Assembly: GCA_046541875.1 (NCBI GenBank)
Contig: JBKHCL010000005.1
Span: 1-63,669 of the forward strand
Source of the DNA: Phycisphaerae bacterium
GTDB lineage: Bacteria; Planctomycetota; Phycisphaerae; SM23-33
Length of the DNA: 63,669 nt
Direction of reading: 5' to 3'
Shown here: piece by piece, positions 28,916 to 40,618 of the stretch
Layout of the letters: each line of letters begins with the position of its first letter
How positions within the stretch are numbered: position 1 is the stretch's first letter
Translations under genes and position numbers: made by a program
The notes under the pieces: generated by a model
Database searches by the model: none
Seen by the model: the letters and a program-made list of their open reading frames with translations, nothing else
Told to the model about the DNA's origin: nothing

Positions 28916-29690
28916 AGGGCTTCTCGGCGTCGAGGGCGGCGTGGATGAACGCGCGGAATCGGCTGGCGGCCGGGCCCCATTCCTCGTGAGCGTCCATTTC
29001 CGCCAGTGCGTCGGTCGAAGAGAGCCCCTTGCGGTAGAAGATCCGGAAGGCGTCCTTCACCTGGGCGCGATCCTCGTCCGAGACATCCGGCGCGCGTCGC
29101 AGGCCGACCATGTTCAACCCGGCGATGCGGGAGATCTCGGTGGCGATGGTGTAGGGGGGAGTGTGCATGGCCGCCCCGCTGAGCCCCTGGAGCATCACCC
29201 GCTCACCGACCCAGGTGAACTGGTGCACACACGCTCCGCCTGCCAGGACGGCCCCGCGTTTGACGGTGCAATGACCGGCGAGCATCACGCCGCCGGCGAG
29301 GACGACCTCGTCTTCCACGGTGGCGTCGTGTCCGGCATGCGAGCCGGCCATCCAGTAGGTCTTGTTGCCCACGCGGGTTGCACCGCCCGGGGTTGTCGCC
29401 CGGGAGATGGTGACGTTCTCGCGGAAGACGTTCTGATCGCCGATGTGGAGGTAGCTCTCGGTGTCGGGCGTGAATTTCAGGTCCTGAGGCCAGCCGCCCA
29501 GCGAGCAGAACGAATCCACCAGGTTTCCTTCTCCCAGCGTGGTGTACCGCCGGATGATGCTGTGCGACCGGACGACCGTGCCGGCGGCGAGCGCGACGTC
29601 TCGCTCGATCACGCAGAAGGGCCCGATCTCGACGTCGTCAGCCAGTTGTGCCTCACCATGTACGATCGCGGTGGGATGAATCCTGGGCAT
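28884..29690 (-). CDS. lpxA: Acyl-ACP--UDP-GlcNAc O-acyltransferase
   Basis: IHPTAIV hexapeptide repeats, PQDLKF, RENVTISR, HAGHD, VHQF, GLNMVGLRR; 3' end overlaps the CDF gene by 32 nt. Confidence 0.9.
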   Translation of the reverse strand: MPRIHPTAIVHGEAQLADDVEIGPFCVIERDVALAAGTVVRSHSIIRRYTTLGEGNLVDSFCSLGGWPQDLKFTPDTESYLHIGDQNVFRENVTISRATTPGGATRVGNKTYWMAGSHAGHDATVEDEVVLAGGVMLAGHCTVKRGAVLAGGACVHQFTWVGERVMLQGLSGAAMHTPPYTIATEISRIAGLNMVGLRRAPDVSDEDRAQVKDAFRIFYRKGLSSTDALAEMDAHEEWGPAASRFRAFIHAALDAEKPFNRGLAGLRR

Positions 29691-29875
29691 GGGTCGAATC
29701 CTTTCTATCGAGCGGGTATTGTATCAGCCGAGCTGGGCGAGGCGAGGGTTTTCGTCGAGCCCAAGGGCGACAAGTGTGTTTCGCCGGGGCCGCAAATCGC
29801 TATAATCGCGGATGAATCGTACCTGCTCCGCACCGGCCTGTCGCCTGGGGCTGGTTTCCGTAGACAGAGCATTGC

Positions 29876-30769
29876 ATGACCGACGCGCCACAGACAACCC
29901 TTCAAGAGCTTCTCTCCGACGCCCGGCAGCGGGTCAACGACGACCTGGGTCGATGGGTCGTCGAACCCGGCACGCCCGATTCGCTGGGCGACGCCCTGCG
30001 ATACTGCGTGCTGGACGTGGGCAAGCGGATCCGCCCGGCGATGGTCTACTTCGCCGCCCAGGCTGCCGGCGGATCGCCCGACGACGAACTTACCCGCCGC
30101 GCCGCGGTCGCCGTCGAACTGGTACACAACTACAGTCTCGTGCACGACGATTTGCCCGCGATGGACGACGACGCCCTGCGCCACGGGAAACCCACGGTGC
30201 ACGTGCGATATGGCCAGGCGATGGCCATCCTCGTTGGCGACGCCCTGCTGACGCGGGCGTTCGGCGTGCTGACCGAAACGGGCTCGCCGCGCGGCGGATT
30301 GCTGGCAGCCGAGTTGGCTGCCTCTGCCGGCGGAACGGGCATGATCGCCGGGCAGGTCGCGGACATGAACCTCTGCCAACTGCCCATCGGAGCCGACGGA
30401 CTGTGGTACATCCACCAGCGCAAGACGGCCGCCCTGCTGCAGGCAGCGGTGGGTCTGGGCGTACTCTCGGCCGGCGGCGACGAACCGACGCGGCTGGCGG
30501 TACGCGAATTCGCCCGCTGCCTGGGATTGGCCTACCAAGTGACCGACGACCTTCTGGATGTCACCGGCAACGTCGCGGACCTGGGCAAAACGCCCGGAAA
30601 AGACGCGATCGCCGGCAAGACCACCAGCGTAGAACAACTGGGCGTCGGGGGGGCACGCCGACGGGTCGAGCAACTCACCCGTCAGGCGTCGGACGCGCTG
30701 AAACCGCTGGGGAAAGCCTCGCAGGATCTGGCCCGATTGGCCGATCTGTTGATTGGAAGGACATACTGA
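29876..30769 (+). CDS. ispA: Polyprenyl (farnesyl/geranyl) diphosphate synthase
   Basis: GKRIRP, HDDLPAMDDD, GDALL, KTAAL, QVTDDLLD, GKTPGKD. Confidence 0.92.
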   Translation: MTDAPQTTLQELLSDARQRVNDDLGRWVVEPGTPDSLGDALRYCVLDVGKRIRPAMVYFAAQAAGGSPDDELTRRAAVAVELVHNYSLVHDDLPAMDDDALRHGKPTVHVRYGQAMAILVGDALLTRAFGVLTETGSPRGGLLAAELAASAGGTGMIAGQVADMNLCQLPIGADGLWYIHQRKTAALLQAAVGLGVLSAGGDEPTRLAVREFARCLGLAYQVTDDLLDVTGNVADLGKTPGKDAIAGKTTSVEQLGVGGARRRVEQLTRQASDALKPLGKASQDLARLADLLIGRTY

Positions 30770-30773
30770 CGCC

Positions 30774-32696
30774 ATGAGCGACACCCCCATACTGGATCGC
30801 ATCACCTCACCGCACCAGTTGCGACGACTCAGCCACGAGGATCTCGCCCGCCTGGCCGAAGAGATCCGCCAGCGGATCATCGCGACGGTCTCGCAGCGCG
30901 GCGGGCACCTCGCCAGCAACCTCGGGGTGGCCGAGCTGACCATCGCCCTGCACCACGTGTTCGACTTCCAGCAGGACCGCCTGCTCTGGGACGTCGGCCA
31001 CCAGTGCTACCCCCACAAGCTGCTCACCGGACGAGGCGACCGCTTCGACGCGCTTCGCCAGAAGGACGGGCTCAGCGGGTTCCCCGCCCCGACCGAGAGT
31101 GAGTACGACCTGTTCGCCACCGGTCACGCGGGGACGGCCATCTCGACGGCGGCCGGCCTCGCCTGGGCCGACCAGGCCTGCGAGACCGACTCGCACGTGG
31201 TATCCGTCGTGGGCGACGCGAGCATCGTCAACGGCCTGGCGTTCGAGGCGATCAACAACGTCTGCCTGCTGAACCGCCAGTTCCTGGTGATTCTCAACGA
31301 CAACTCGATGGCGATCGATCGCACGCACGGGGCGATGTCCCACGTGCTCGACCGGATCCGCATGACGCCCACCTACTCCGATCTGAAGCACTCTGCGGAG
31401 CACCTTCTGCGGAACCTGCCGCTGGGAGCGGAGATTTCCGAGGCGCTCAAGCATCTCCGCGAAGGGCTGCGCACGACCGTGTACGGAGATAAGGTCTTCG
31501 AGCCGCTGGGGCTGACTTACTTCGGGCCCTTCGACGGACACGACATCCCCCGACTGATCGAGGTGCTCCAGCGCGTCAAGACCATCGATCGCCCGGTGCT
31601 GCTGCATGTGCATACCGAGAAAGGTCGCGGCTGTGAGTACGCCGTGGAAGACCCCACCACGTTCCACAGCCCCTCGGCCTACACGCTGAAGAATGGCAAA
31701 GCCGTCTTCGCCAGCAAGACCTGGCCGACGTGGACCAATGCGTTCTCGAAGAAGCTCTGCGAGCTGGGCGAAGCCGACGAGCGGATCATCGCAATCACCG
31801 CAGCCATGCCCGATGGAACCGGACTGGTGGACTTCCGCGACAAGTTCCCGCAACGCTATATCGACGTGGGCATCTGCGAATCGCACGGCGTGGCGATGGC
31901 GGCGGGGATGGCCAAGGCCGGCCTGAAGCCCGTGGTGTCGATCTACTCGACGTTCCTGCAGCGGGCGTTCGACCAGGTCTTCCACGACGTGGCCTTCCAG
32001 AAGCTGCCCGTGGTGTTCTGCATGGACCGGGCCGGGCTGGTTGGCTCGGACGGCGCGGTGCATCACGGGGCGATGGACATCGCCATGCTTCGGAGCATAC
32101 CGGGCATGGTGCTGGCCGCCCCCGCCGACGGGCCCGAACTGTCGGCCGTCATGGACTTCGCCCTCGCCGGCGAGTCCCCGGTGGCCATCCGCTACCCGCG
32201 CGACGAAGTGCCCCGCGACATGCCCGGTGAGTGCGCCCCCTTCCAGCCGGGCGTTTCGCGCGTGCTGCGGGACGGCAAAGACGCCGCCTTCCTCTGCTAT
32301 GGCACGACGTGCGCTGCGGCGATGGAGGCCGCCGAGATGCTCTCCCAGCGCGGGATCGAAGTCGAGGTCCTCAACGCGCGATTCGCCAAACCGCTCGACG
32401 CGGTGGCCATCAGCCGACTGTTGCGGGACGGCAAACCCACGCTGGTGTGCGAAGACCACTCGCAGATCGGCGGGTTCGGGTCGGCCGTCCTGGAACTGGC
32501 CGCCGCCCGGGAGATCGACACAGGGCACGTTCAGTTGAGAGGCCTGCCGGACCGGTTCGTCGCCGCTGCCTCGCGCGAGCAGCAACTGGCGGAAGTCGGA
32601 CTGGACGCCACCTCACTGGCGGCAACGCTGCAGCGAATGGTGCAGGACCACCACGGCCCGACGGTGAAAGACTTTACCACGCCCAAGCGAGGCTGA
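30774..32696 (+). CDS. dxs: 1-deoxy-D-xylulose-5-phosphate synthase
   Basis: GGHLASNLG, WDVGHQ, GDAS..NDN, YSTFLQRAFDQ, DRAG, DGAVH, IRYPR. Confidence 0.97.
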   Translation: MSDTPILDRITSPHQLRRLSHEDLARLAEEIRQRIIATVSQRGGHLASNLGVAELTIALHHVFDFQQDRLLWDVGHQCYPHKLLTGRGDRFDALRQKDGLSGFPAPTESEYDLFATGHAGTAISTAAGLAWADQACETDSHVVSVVGDASIVNGLAFEAINNVCLLNRQFLVILNDNSMAIDRTHGAMSHVLDRIRMTPTYSDLKHSAEHLLRNLPLGAEISEALKHLREGLRTTVYGDKVFEPLGLTYFGPFDGHDIPRLIEVLQRVKTIDRPVLLHVHTEKGRGCEYAVEDPTTFHSPSAYTLKNGKAVFASKTWPTWTNAFSKKLCELGEADERIIAITAAMPDGTGLVDFRDKFPQRYIDVGICESHGVAMAAGMAKAGLKPVVSIYSTFLQRAFDQVFHDVAFQKLPVVFCMDRAGLVGSDGAVHHGAMDIAMLRSIPGMVLAAPADGPELSAVMDFALAGESPVAIRYPRDEVPRDMPGECAPFQPGVSRVLRDGKDAAFLCYGTTCAAAMEAAEMLSQRGIEVEVLNARFAKPLDAVAISRLLRDGKPTLVCEDHSQIGGFGSAVLELAAAREIDTGHVQLRGLPDRFVAAASREQQLAEVGLDATSLAATLQRMVQDHHGPTVKDFTTPKRG

Positions 32697-32751
32697 TCGC
32701 CGTCGCCCAGCCCCTGAGAACTCATACCGCCGGACGGGCCACCCGACCGGC

Positions 32752-34662
32752 TTAACTCTCCTGCTCGATCTCCTCGCCGAGGGCTTCCCACTCGTCCATC
32801 AGGTCCGCGAGAGACTGCTGGGCCTGGGCGTACTTCTCGCCGAGTTCGTGGATGCGGTCTACGTCGCCCTCCTCGCCGGCTTCGTTGATGCGGGCTGAGA
32901 GCGACTCGAGCGACTCCTCGGCGGCGGTGATCTCGCGCTCCAGCGACTCCATGCGCCGCCGTGCGCGCTGCCGTTCGCGGCGGTCTTTCCGGGTCTGCTG
33001 GTAGGCGGCTTTGCGTTGCTGCTTGGCCTTGGCTTGGGGGGTGGCGTCTTCGCCGGCGGTTCGGCCGTCATGCTTGGCTCGCCAGGCGAGGTAGGCATCC
33101 CAGCCGCCGGGGATCTCCTTCACCCGCCCGTCCAGCACATACCAGATGTCCGTGGCCAATCGCTCTACGAAGTAGCGGTCGTGACTGACGAAGAGGATCG
33201 TGCCCTCGAAGTTCTCCAGCGCCTCGCCCAGCACCTCGCGCGACGCGAGATCCAGGTGGTTGGTCGGCTCATCGAGCATCAGGACATTCGCCCCCAGCGC
33301 CGAGACCTGAGCGAGCATCACGCGGCTGCGCTGACCGCCCGAGAGTTCTTTGATGCGTTTGAGCGTCTGGTCGCCGCTGAAGTGGAACATCCCCAGCAGG
33401 TCGCGGGCGGCGTCGGTGCGCATGGTGTACGGCGGGCGGGTCAGCGAGTCCACCAGCGTTTCGTCGGGGCGCAGACTTTCGTGGGTCTGGGAGAGGTACC
33501 CGCGCACCGTGTTGGAGCCCATTTTCACCTCGCCACCCAGGGCAGGCAGATCGCCCAGCAGCGTCCGCAGCAGTGTAGTCTTCCCGCAGCCGTTGGCGCC
33601 GACGATGCCCACGCGCATCCCGCTGCGCACCTCCAGCTCACCGGCATCGACGATGACTTCGCCGGGATCATAGCCGGCTTTCAGGTCGGCCGTCCGCAGG
33701 ACCAGGTCGCCCGTGCGGGCGCCGGGCGTGAGGCGGACGTGGATGTTCTCATGGCGGCGGGGTTTGGGCTTGGCCTCGGTCTTGAGGAACCGTTCCAGCC
33801 GCGTGCGTCGGCCTTGGGCTTCCTTGGTGCGCTGCCCGGCGAGGTTGCGACGGATGAAGTCTTCGGTCTCGGCGATGTACTTCTGCTGGGTCTCCCACTC
33901 GCGCATCCGCTCGCGGTAGCGTTCCTCGCGTTTGGGCAGGTACTCGCTGTAACAGCCTCGATACGCCTCGACCTGTCCGAAGGCGACTTCCCAGGTGCGC
34001 GTGGTGACCTTGTCCAGGAAGTACCGGTCGTGCGAGACCAGCAGCAGCGTCTGGCGGCAGCCCTGCAGGAATCGCTCGAGCCACTCGACGTTGTCCATGT
34101 CCAGGTGGTTGGTGGGCTCGTCCAGCAGGAGCACGTCGGGTTCCTGCATGAGCAGCGCCGCCAGCATCGCGCGGCTGCACTGACCGCCGGAGAACTCGTC
34201 GAGTCGATCATTCCATCGCTCGGGGACAAACCCCAGCCCGGTCAGCACGGTTTTGGCGCGGTTCTCGTATTCGTATCCGCCGGCGGCTTCGAAGCGCGCC
34301 TGCAGTTGGCCGAACCGCTCGATGGCGGCGTCGGTGTCCAGTCGACCGGCCAATTCGTGCAGTTTGTGCTCCATTTCCAGCAGATCGGCGTGGCCTTCCA
34401 GCAGCGAGTCCCACAGCGTCTGGCCTGTCAGGCGGGGCGGGTCCTGCGGGAGGTAGCCGATGCGCAGATTCCCCCGCCGCTGCACGACGCCGTCGGTGGG
34501 TTCGATCAGGCCGGCAGCGATCTTCAGCAGCGTGGTCTTGCCCTCTCCGTTGGGACCCACCAGGCCCACCCGGTCGCCCGGGGCGAGGGTGAAACTCGCG
34601 TTTTTCAGCACGTCCAGTTGGCCGTAGCTTTGCGTGACGTGCTCGCCGACAATCAGGGACAT
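32752..34662 (-). CDS. ABC-F family ATPase (Uup/YheS-like)
   Basis: Two NBDs (GPNGEGKT, FSGGQ, LLDEPTNHLD; GANGCGKT, LSGGQ), no TM segments, C-terminal coiled coil. Confidence 0.93.
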   Translation of the reverse strand: MSLIVGEHVTQSYGQLDVLKNASFTLAPGDRVGLVGPNGEGKTTLLKIAAGLIEPTDGVVQRRGNLRIGYLPQDPPRLTGQTLWDSLLEGHADLLEMEHKLHELAGRLDTDAAIERFGQLQARFEAAGGYEYENRAKTVLTGLGFVPERWNDRLDEFSGGQCSRAMLAALLMQEPDVLLLDEPTNHLDMDNVEWLERFLQGCRQTLLLVSHDRYFLDKVTTRTWEVAFGQVEAYRGCYSEYLPKREERYRERMREWETQQKYIAETEDFIRRNLAGQRTKEAQGRRTRLERFLKTEAKPKPRRHENIHVRLTPGARTGDLVLRTADLKAGYDPGEVIVDAGELEVRSGMRVGIVGANGCGKTTLLRTLLGDLPALGGEVKMGSNTVRGYLSQTHESLRPDETLVDSLTRPPYTMRTDAARDLLGMFHFSGDQTLKRIKELSGGQRSRVMLAQVSALGANVLMLDEPTNHLDLASREVLGEALENFEGTILFVSHDRYFVERLATDIWYVLDGRVKEIPGGWDAYLAWRAKHDGRTAGEDATPQAKAKQQRKAAYQQTRKDRRERQRARRRMESLEREITAAEESLESLSARINEAGEEGDVDRIHELGEKYAQAQQSLADLMDEWEALGEEIEQES

Positions 34663-34919
34663 CTGCCTCTGCTCCTGTCTGGGGAAAGCATCCCAGCATA
34701 CCGTCTGGATGGGGCGGATGGTATGCTTCGGCGACGTTTGACGACCTCCAGGAAGCCCGTCACCGGGGCCGACGGCTGCAATTGATCCACAGCGGGTCAC
34801 TTATGAACCGCAAGATCCCCAAAAACGGCGACTTCTCCCCTACCGGGGTTTGGGCGATGTTGCTACAATGGAACTGTCAAGGGGTGGTCAGCCGACGCCC
34901 CGTTTGAATGGAGACTGTC

Positions 34920-36101
34920 ATGTCGCATTTCATTGGGGATGGACGGAGAATCGTTCGAGCTGCCCTTATGGTGGCCGGGATCTGGGCAGCCTTGGTGTGC
35001 CCGAAGGCAGCCGACGCGATGATCTTCACGGCGTCCCAGGACCCCTCGTACAACACCACCGCCCCCGACGGTGCCTACGCCAACAGCGGCTGGCGGGCTG
35101 TGGGAGCGTGGGGCCCCGGTGGGGGCATTGCCATTTCGCCCTATCACGTCCTGACGGCGAAACACTTCACCCCCGGCGGCGACACCTTCACACTGAACGG
35201 CCAATCGGTCACCGTGGCATCGATGACCAACGACGTGACTGACCTGCGCATTCTCACGCTGGATGAGCCGGTCGGTACGTGGGCGAGCCTGTATACCGGC
35301 AGCGACGAGGTGAACCAGGAATCAGTTGTCATCGGGCGAGGCCGACCGGTCGCCAGCGCCGTTTACGAGGGCGGCGAACTGAAAGGCTGGGAATGGGCCG
35401 CCAGAGACGGCGTCAAACGGTGGGGAACCAATATCGTCGACGGTACGTGGAACAGCGGTCAACTGCTGGGCATGGACTTCGACGAAAGCGGGACCGCCCA
35501 CGAAGCCGCATTCACCCAGTGGGACTCCGGCGGCGGGCAGTTCATCCAGGATACCGACGGGCAATGGAAGCTGGCTGGCGTGGTGTTCGCGGTGAATGGT
35601 CCCTACGATGTCGACGACGACCACGAAAACGGCAATGAGTTCAGTGCAGCCCTGTTCGACGAGGGCGGATTCTACGAGAAGACCTCCGAAACCTCCTGGG
35701 CGTATCGGGTGGATAAGCCATTCAATCTTCCACAGGATATGTACTCCACGCGCGTTTCGCCTCGGATCAGTTGGATCGACTCGATCATCTCAGGGGCCGA
35801 GCCGCTCGACGGGGACACGGACTTCGACGACGACGTGGACTATACCGACGCCTGGGCCTTGCTCAACGCCTACAAGGCGGAGGGCGATTGGACGTGGTTC
35901 AACGGCGACTTCAATCACGACGGCGTGGTCGACGAAGCCGACGCGGATATTCTCCTGGCCAACTACGGTACGGGCGTAGCCGGCGGGCTGGACTCCACGA
36001 GTATCGAATCGGCCCTGGCGAGCATGGACGGCATTCCCGAACCGACGACTCTCGCGCTGTTGGCCATCGGTGGCTGCGCTCTGCTCCGCCGTCGCCGCTG
36101 A
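34920..36101 (+). CDS. PEP-CTERM trypsin-like serine protease with dockerin-like Ca-binding domain
   Basis: VLTAKH and WDSGG catalytic motifs; GDTDFDDDVD..D and GDFNHDGVVD..D repeats; C-terminal IPEPTTLALLAIGGCALLRRRR. Confidence 0.85.
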   Translation: MSHFIGDGRRIVRAALMVAGIWAALVCPKAADAMIFTASQDPSYNTTAPDGAYANSGWRAVGAWGPGGGIAISPYHVLTAKHFTPGGDTFTLNGQSVTVASMTNDVTDLRILTLDEPVGTWASLYTGSDEVNQESVVIGRGRPVASAVYEGGELKGWEWAARDGVKRWGTNIVDGTWNSGQLLGMDFDESGTAHEAAFTQWDSGGGQFIQDTDGQWKLAGVVFAVNGPYDVDDDHENGNEFSAALFDEGGFYEKTSETSWAYRVDKPFNLPQDMYSTRVSPRISWIDSIISGAEPLDGDTDFDDDVDYTDAWALLNAYKAEGDWTWFNGDFNHDGVVDEADADILLANYGTGVAGGLDSTSIESALASMDGIPEPTTLALLAIGGCALLRRRR

Positions 36102-36270
36102 GTGCGGGCGTTTTCACTGCTCGCTTGATCTCCACGGGCCGGCGTCTCCGGATTGACCTCCCCGCTGGGGGCACATCTCCACACCGTTACGCAAGTCCTC
36201 GCTGCATCTGACCGATACGGCCAGCGGAGAGACTGAGATTCCCCAGAGCTCTCAAAAGGTCAGGTGCGAG

Positions 36271-37149
36271 ATGCGTAAAATGCTGCTTACCATTCTGGCT
36301 GGGGTTGTGTTGCTCGCGTGCGGGGGTTGCGGATCGCTCGCCAACAGCGGGCGCCTGTTGTCCACCTCGGACGAGATCACCGTCGGCTCGCGCATTCAAC
36401 CGGAATTCGAGCGGCTGCTGGGCGGCAAGGTAAAGGACGAGGCCGTCCAGCGTTACGTCCAGCGCGTCGGCCAACGGATCGCATCGGTGGCCGGTCGTCG
36501 CCTGCCGTACGAGTTCGCCGTGCTCCGCCCGGACGTACCCAACTACTTCGTGCTTCCTGGGGGGAAGATCTACCTCACCAAAGGCCTGCTGGCGATGCTG
36601 GAGGACGAGCGTCAACTGGCGGGAGTGCTGGCCAATGCCGTCGGCCACGCGTGCCACCGGCAGCCGGTCAAGGCGATCTTCAAGCGGATGAAGACAGGGA
36701 TGTACCTCGCCGTGGCGAAATTGGCCATCGAAGACCCCGACGAGAGCGGGTATCGCACGGCAATTCGACTGGCGAGGGAACTGATTCTTTCCGAGGCGAC
36801 CCGGCGCGACGAGATGCAGGCCGACGCATTGGCCGTCCAGTATCTCGCGCGGGCGGACTACTCGCCCTGGGGGCTGGCCCACGCCCAGCGGATGCTCTAC
36901 CAGCGATGCATCGATCAACCCAAAAAGATGACCAAACTGTATCAATCCCACCCGCTGACGTTCCGGCGGATGAAGCTCACAAAGGTGGCCGTCGAGATCG
37001 ATTACGCCTATTACGACCGCTCCCGTCCGAGTCCGACGCAGGACGACTACGCCGCCGTCCGCCGGAGCTTCCTGGGGGACGACGATCGGGTCGCGACGGA
37101 CACTCACGAACCGGCGCCCCAACCGGTGCTCGCGGAAAACGCGAACTGA
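36271..37149 (+). CDS. M48-family lipoprotein with degenerate zinc site
   Basis: PNYFVLPGGKIY, QLAGVLANAVGH (in place of HExxH), EMQAD, SHP; lipobox-like LACGGC. Confidence 0.75.
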   Translation: MRKMLLTILAGVVLLACGGCGSLANSGRLLSTSDEITVGSRIQPEFERLLGGKVKDEAVQRYVQRVGQRIASVAGRRLPYEFAVLRPDVPNYFVLPGGKIYLTKGLLAMLEDERQLAGVLANAVGHACHRQPVKAIFKRMKTGMYLAVAKLAIEDPDESGYRTAIRLARELILSEATRRDEMQADALAVQYLARADYSPWGLAHAQRMLYQRCIDQPKKMTKLYQSHPLTFRRMKLTKVAVEIDYAYYDRSRPSPTQDDYAAVRRSFLGDDDRVATDTHEPAPQPVLAENAN

Positions 37150-37171
37150 CCCGCCAAACCCCCGGGCGGCG

Positions 37172-37639
37172 TTACAGGTCCAGGTGGGACATGTAATCCA
37201 GGTTCGTCATGAGGTCCAGCAGCGACTGGGTACGATCGAGCGCAGCCGGGCTGGCGCCGGTCTGCTGCTGGGCCGAGAGGGTGTCTTCCAGGCTGGCCAG
37301 CAGGTCGAAGGGCTCGTCCTCGGGAACCGCCTCGCCGGTGAACGACTCGATGAGGCTGGCGTGGTTTCCGGTCAGCTCGGGCTGGAACGAGAGGTAGTTG
37401 TAGTTGTCGAAGGAAATCATCCCCTGCTGAAGCATCTGTTCGGCCAGGTGCGAGACCTCCTTGGGCGTGATGTTGCGGAGGTTGAACTGCGAAGCGATCC
37501 TCGCGGCCGGGGAGAAGCTCATCTCACTTGCGGGTCCGGGGGAGAAAGACTCCTCCCGCGGCCCTTGCACCGTCCTTCGCTGCTGCGTATAGCCGATACC
37601 ACCGAGTGCGTCGTAGTGACCGATGTTCTCAATACCCAT
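37172..37639 (-). CDS. Hypothetical protein, paralog of 37856..38440
   Basis: GGAGA RBS; shares FSPA..IAS...L..IT.KEV..LAE.....G.ISFD.YN.LSF.P.LT...EPFDLLASL...LL.LMTNL.YM with its neighbour. Confidence 0.75.
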   Translation of the reverse strand: MGIENIGHYDALGGIGYTQQRRTVQGPREESFSPGPASEMSFSPAARIASQFNLRNITPKEVSHLAEQMLQQGMISFDNYNYLSFQPELTGNHASLIESFTGEAVPEDEPFDLLASLEDTLSAQQQTGASPAALDRTQSLLDLMTNLDYMSHLDL

Positions 37640-37699
37640 GTGATCTCTCCGTCTCCACGAATCTCCCGCGCGCAGACACAGCGGGCGGTTTGCACTGGA

Positions 37700-37728
37700 A
37701 TATCGGAGCGCCCGGCCGGGAAATTCGG
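37700..37728 (-). promoter_or_regulatory. FliA/sigma28-like promoter candidate
   Basis: CCGAATTT-N13-TCCGATAT. Confidence 0.5.
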
Positions 37729-37855
37729 ACTTCGGGCTAAAGAAATCGCTTTTCGCTTCGAGAAGAATGGAGGGGCTGCGCGCAAATACCCCCTCAGCCG
37801 GCGAACCGACCAAGGGGGTGGGAAGAGGACACTGTCTCGGGAACGGCGTCCCTCC

Positions 37856-38440
37856 CTATAGGCCGAGATTCCCCATGTAATTCAGATTGGTCATCAGGTT
37901 CAGCAGGGAACGGGTTCGGAAAATGGCGGTCTCGCTGGCCTGGGCTTCCTCCTGGACCCGCAGTGTCTCCTTGAGACTTGCCAGCAGGTCGAAAGGCTCC
38001 GCCACGTCGCTTTCGCTGACAAACGGCGCGATCAGCTGGTTGTGGTCCTCGGTGAGCCTGGGCTCGAAGGACAGCGAGTTGTACGTATCAAACGAGATAA
38101 GCCCGCCGTCGAGAAGTTCCTCCGCCAGCACTCCCACTTCCTTGCGGGTGATGCTGGTGAGATCGTAGTGGGACGCGATATGCCCTGCCGGCGAGAAATC
38201 CACCTGGCACGCCGGCCCGGCTGCCCCGTCGGGATCCTTTCCCGGATTGTCGGCCTTGGAGCTTTTCTTGGCCTTGCCGGACTCCCGTGAGAGACCGGAC
38301 TTGGCGCCGGTCGATCCTTCGACCCGATCCCCGGAATGCGACTCGTACTGCCGGTCCTGATCCTTGCCGGCATCTCGGGCAAAGGCCAGGTATGCGGCTG
38401 CGTCTGATACTTCCTGCTGGCTAACGTGGTTGATTCCCAT
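37856..38440 (-). CDS. Hypothetical protein, paralog of 37172..37639
   Basis: GGGAG RBS; same C-terminal domain as the downstream gene. Confidence 0.75.
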   Translation of the reverse strand: MGINHVSQQEVSDAAAYLAFARDAGKDQDRQYESHSGDRVEGSTGAKSGLSRESGKAKKSSKADNPGKDPDGAAGPACQVDFSPAGHIASHYDLTSITRKEVGVLAEELLDGGLISFDTYNSLSFEPRLTEDHNQLIAPFVSESDVAEPFDLLASLKETLRVQEEAQASETAIFRTRSLLNLMTNLNYMGNLGL

Positions 38441-38535
38441 CTCATGTCTCCCTTTTCCAAAGGCCCCGCGCATGATTCACTGCGTTCAGGTGCTGTCGCT
38501 TGACGAAACCAAAAAGCCCTAGGGCTTTCACGGGT

Positions 38536-38564
38536 GTATCGGAAATGAGAGAAGATCAATTTTG
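38536..38564 (-). promoter_or_regulatory. FliA/sigma28-like promoter candidate
   Basis: CAAAATTG-N13-TCCGATAC in an AT-rich intergenic region. Confidence 0.45.
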
Positions 38565-38675
38565 AACTTCACTTAAAGAAAATACTGTTTTACGCGATAA
38601 GACTTTATGGGGTCTAAGATGCACTGGTTTCTACGGGGATCTTTGCGTTTTGTCGCACCTTTCAGGGCATTTTGA

Positions 38676-40580
<1,905 letters not shown>

Positions 40581-40618
40581 TCGCACTCCGCAACCACGCA
40601 GCAAGAAAGGACTCACCC

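Noticed and set aside
37027-37038. 12-nt match (CCGAGTCCGACG) to the 3' end of tRNA-Asp (53938-53949), which would bracket the nif block like att sites
   Set aside because: Short, GC-rich and inside an intact CDS; no integrase in the window; compatible with chance. Worth rechecking only if comparative genomics places a boundary here
38574-38600. Plus-strand sigma28-like motif TAAAGAAA-N11-CGCGATAA
   Set aside because: No plus-strand gene follows (it points at the 3' end of the GNAT gene); likely chance in AT-rich DNA
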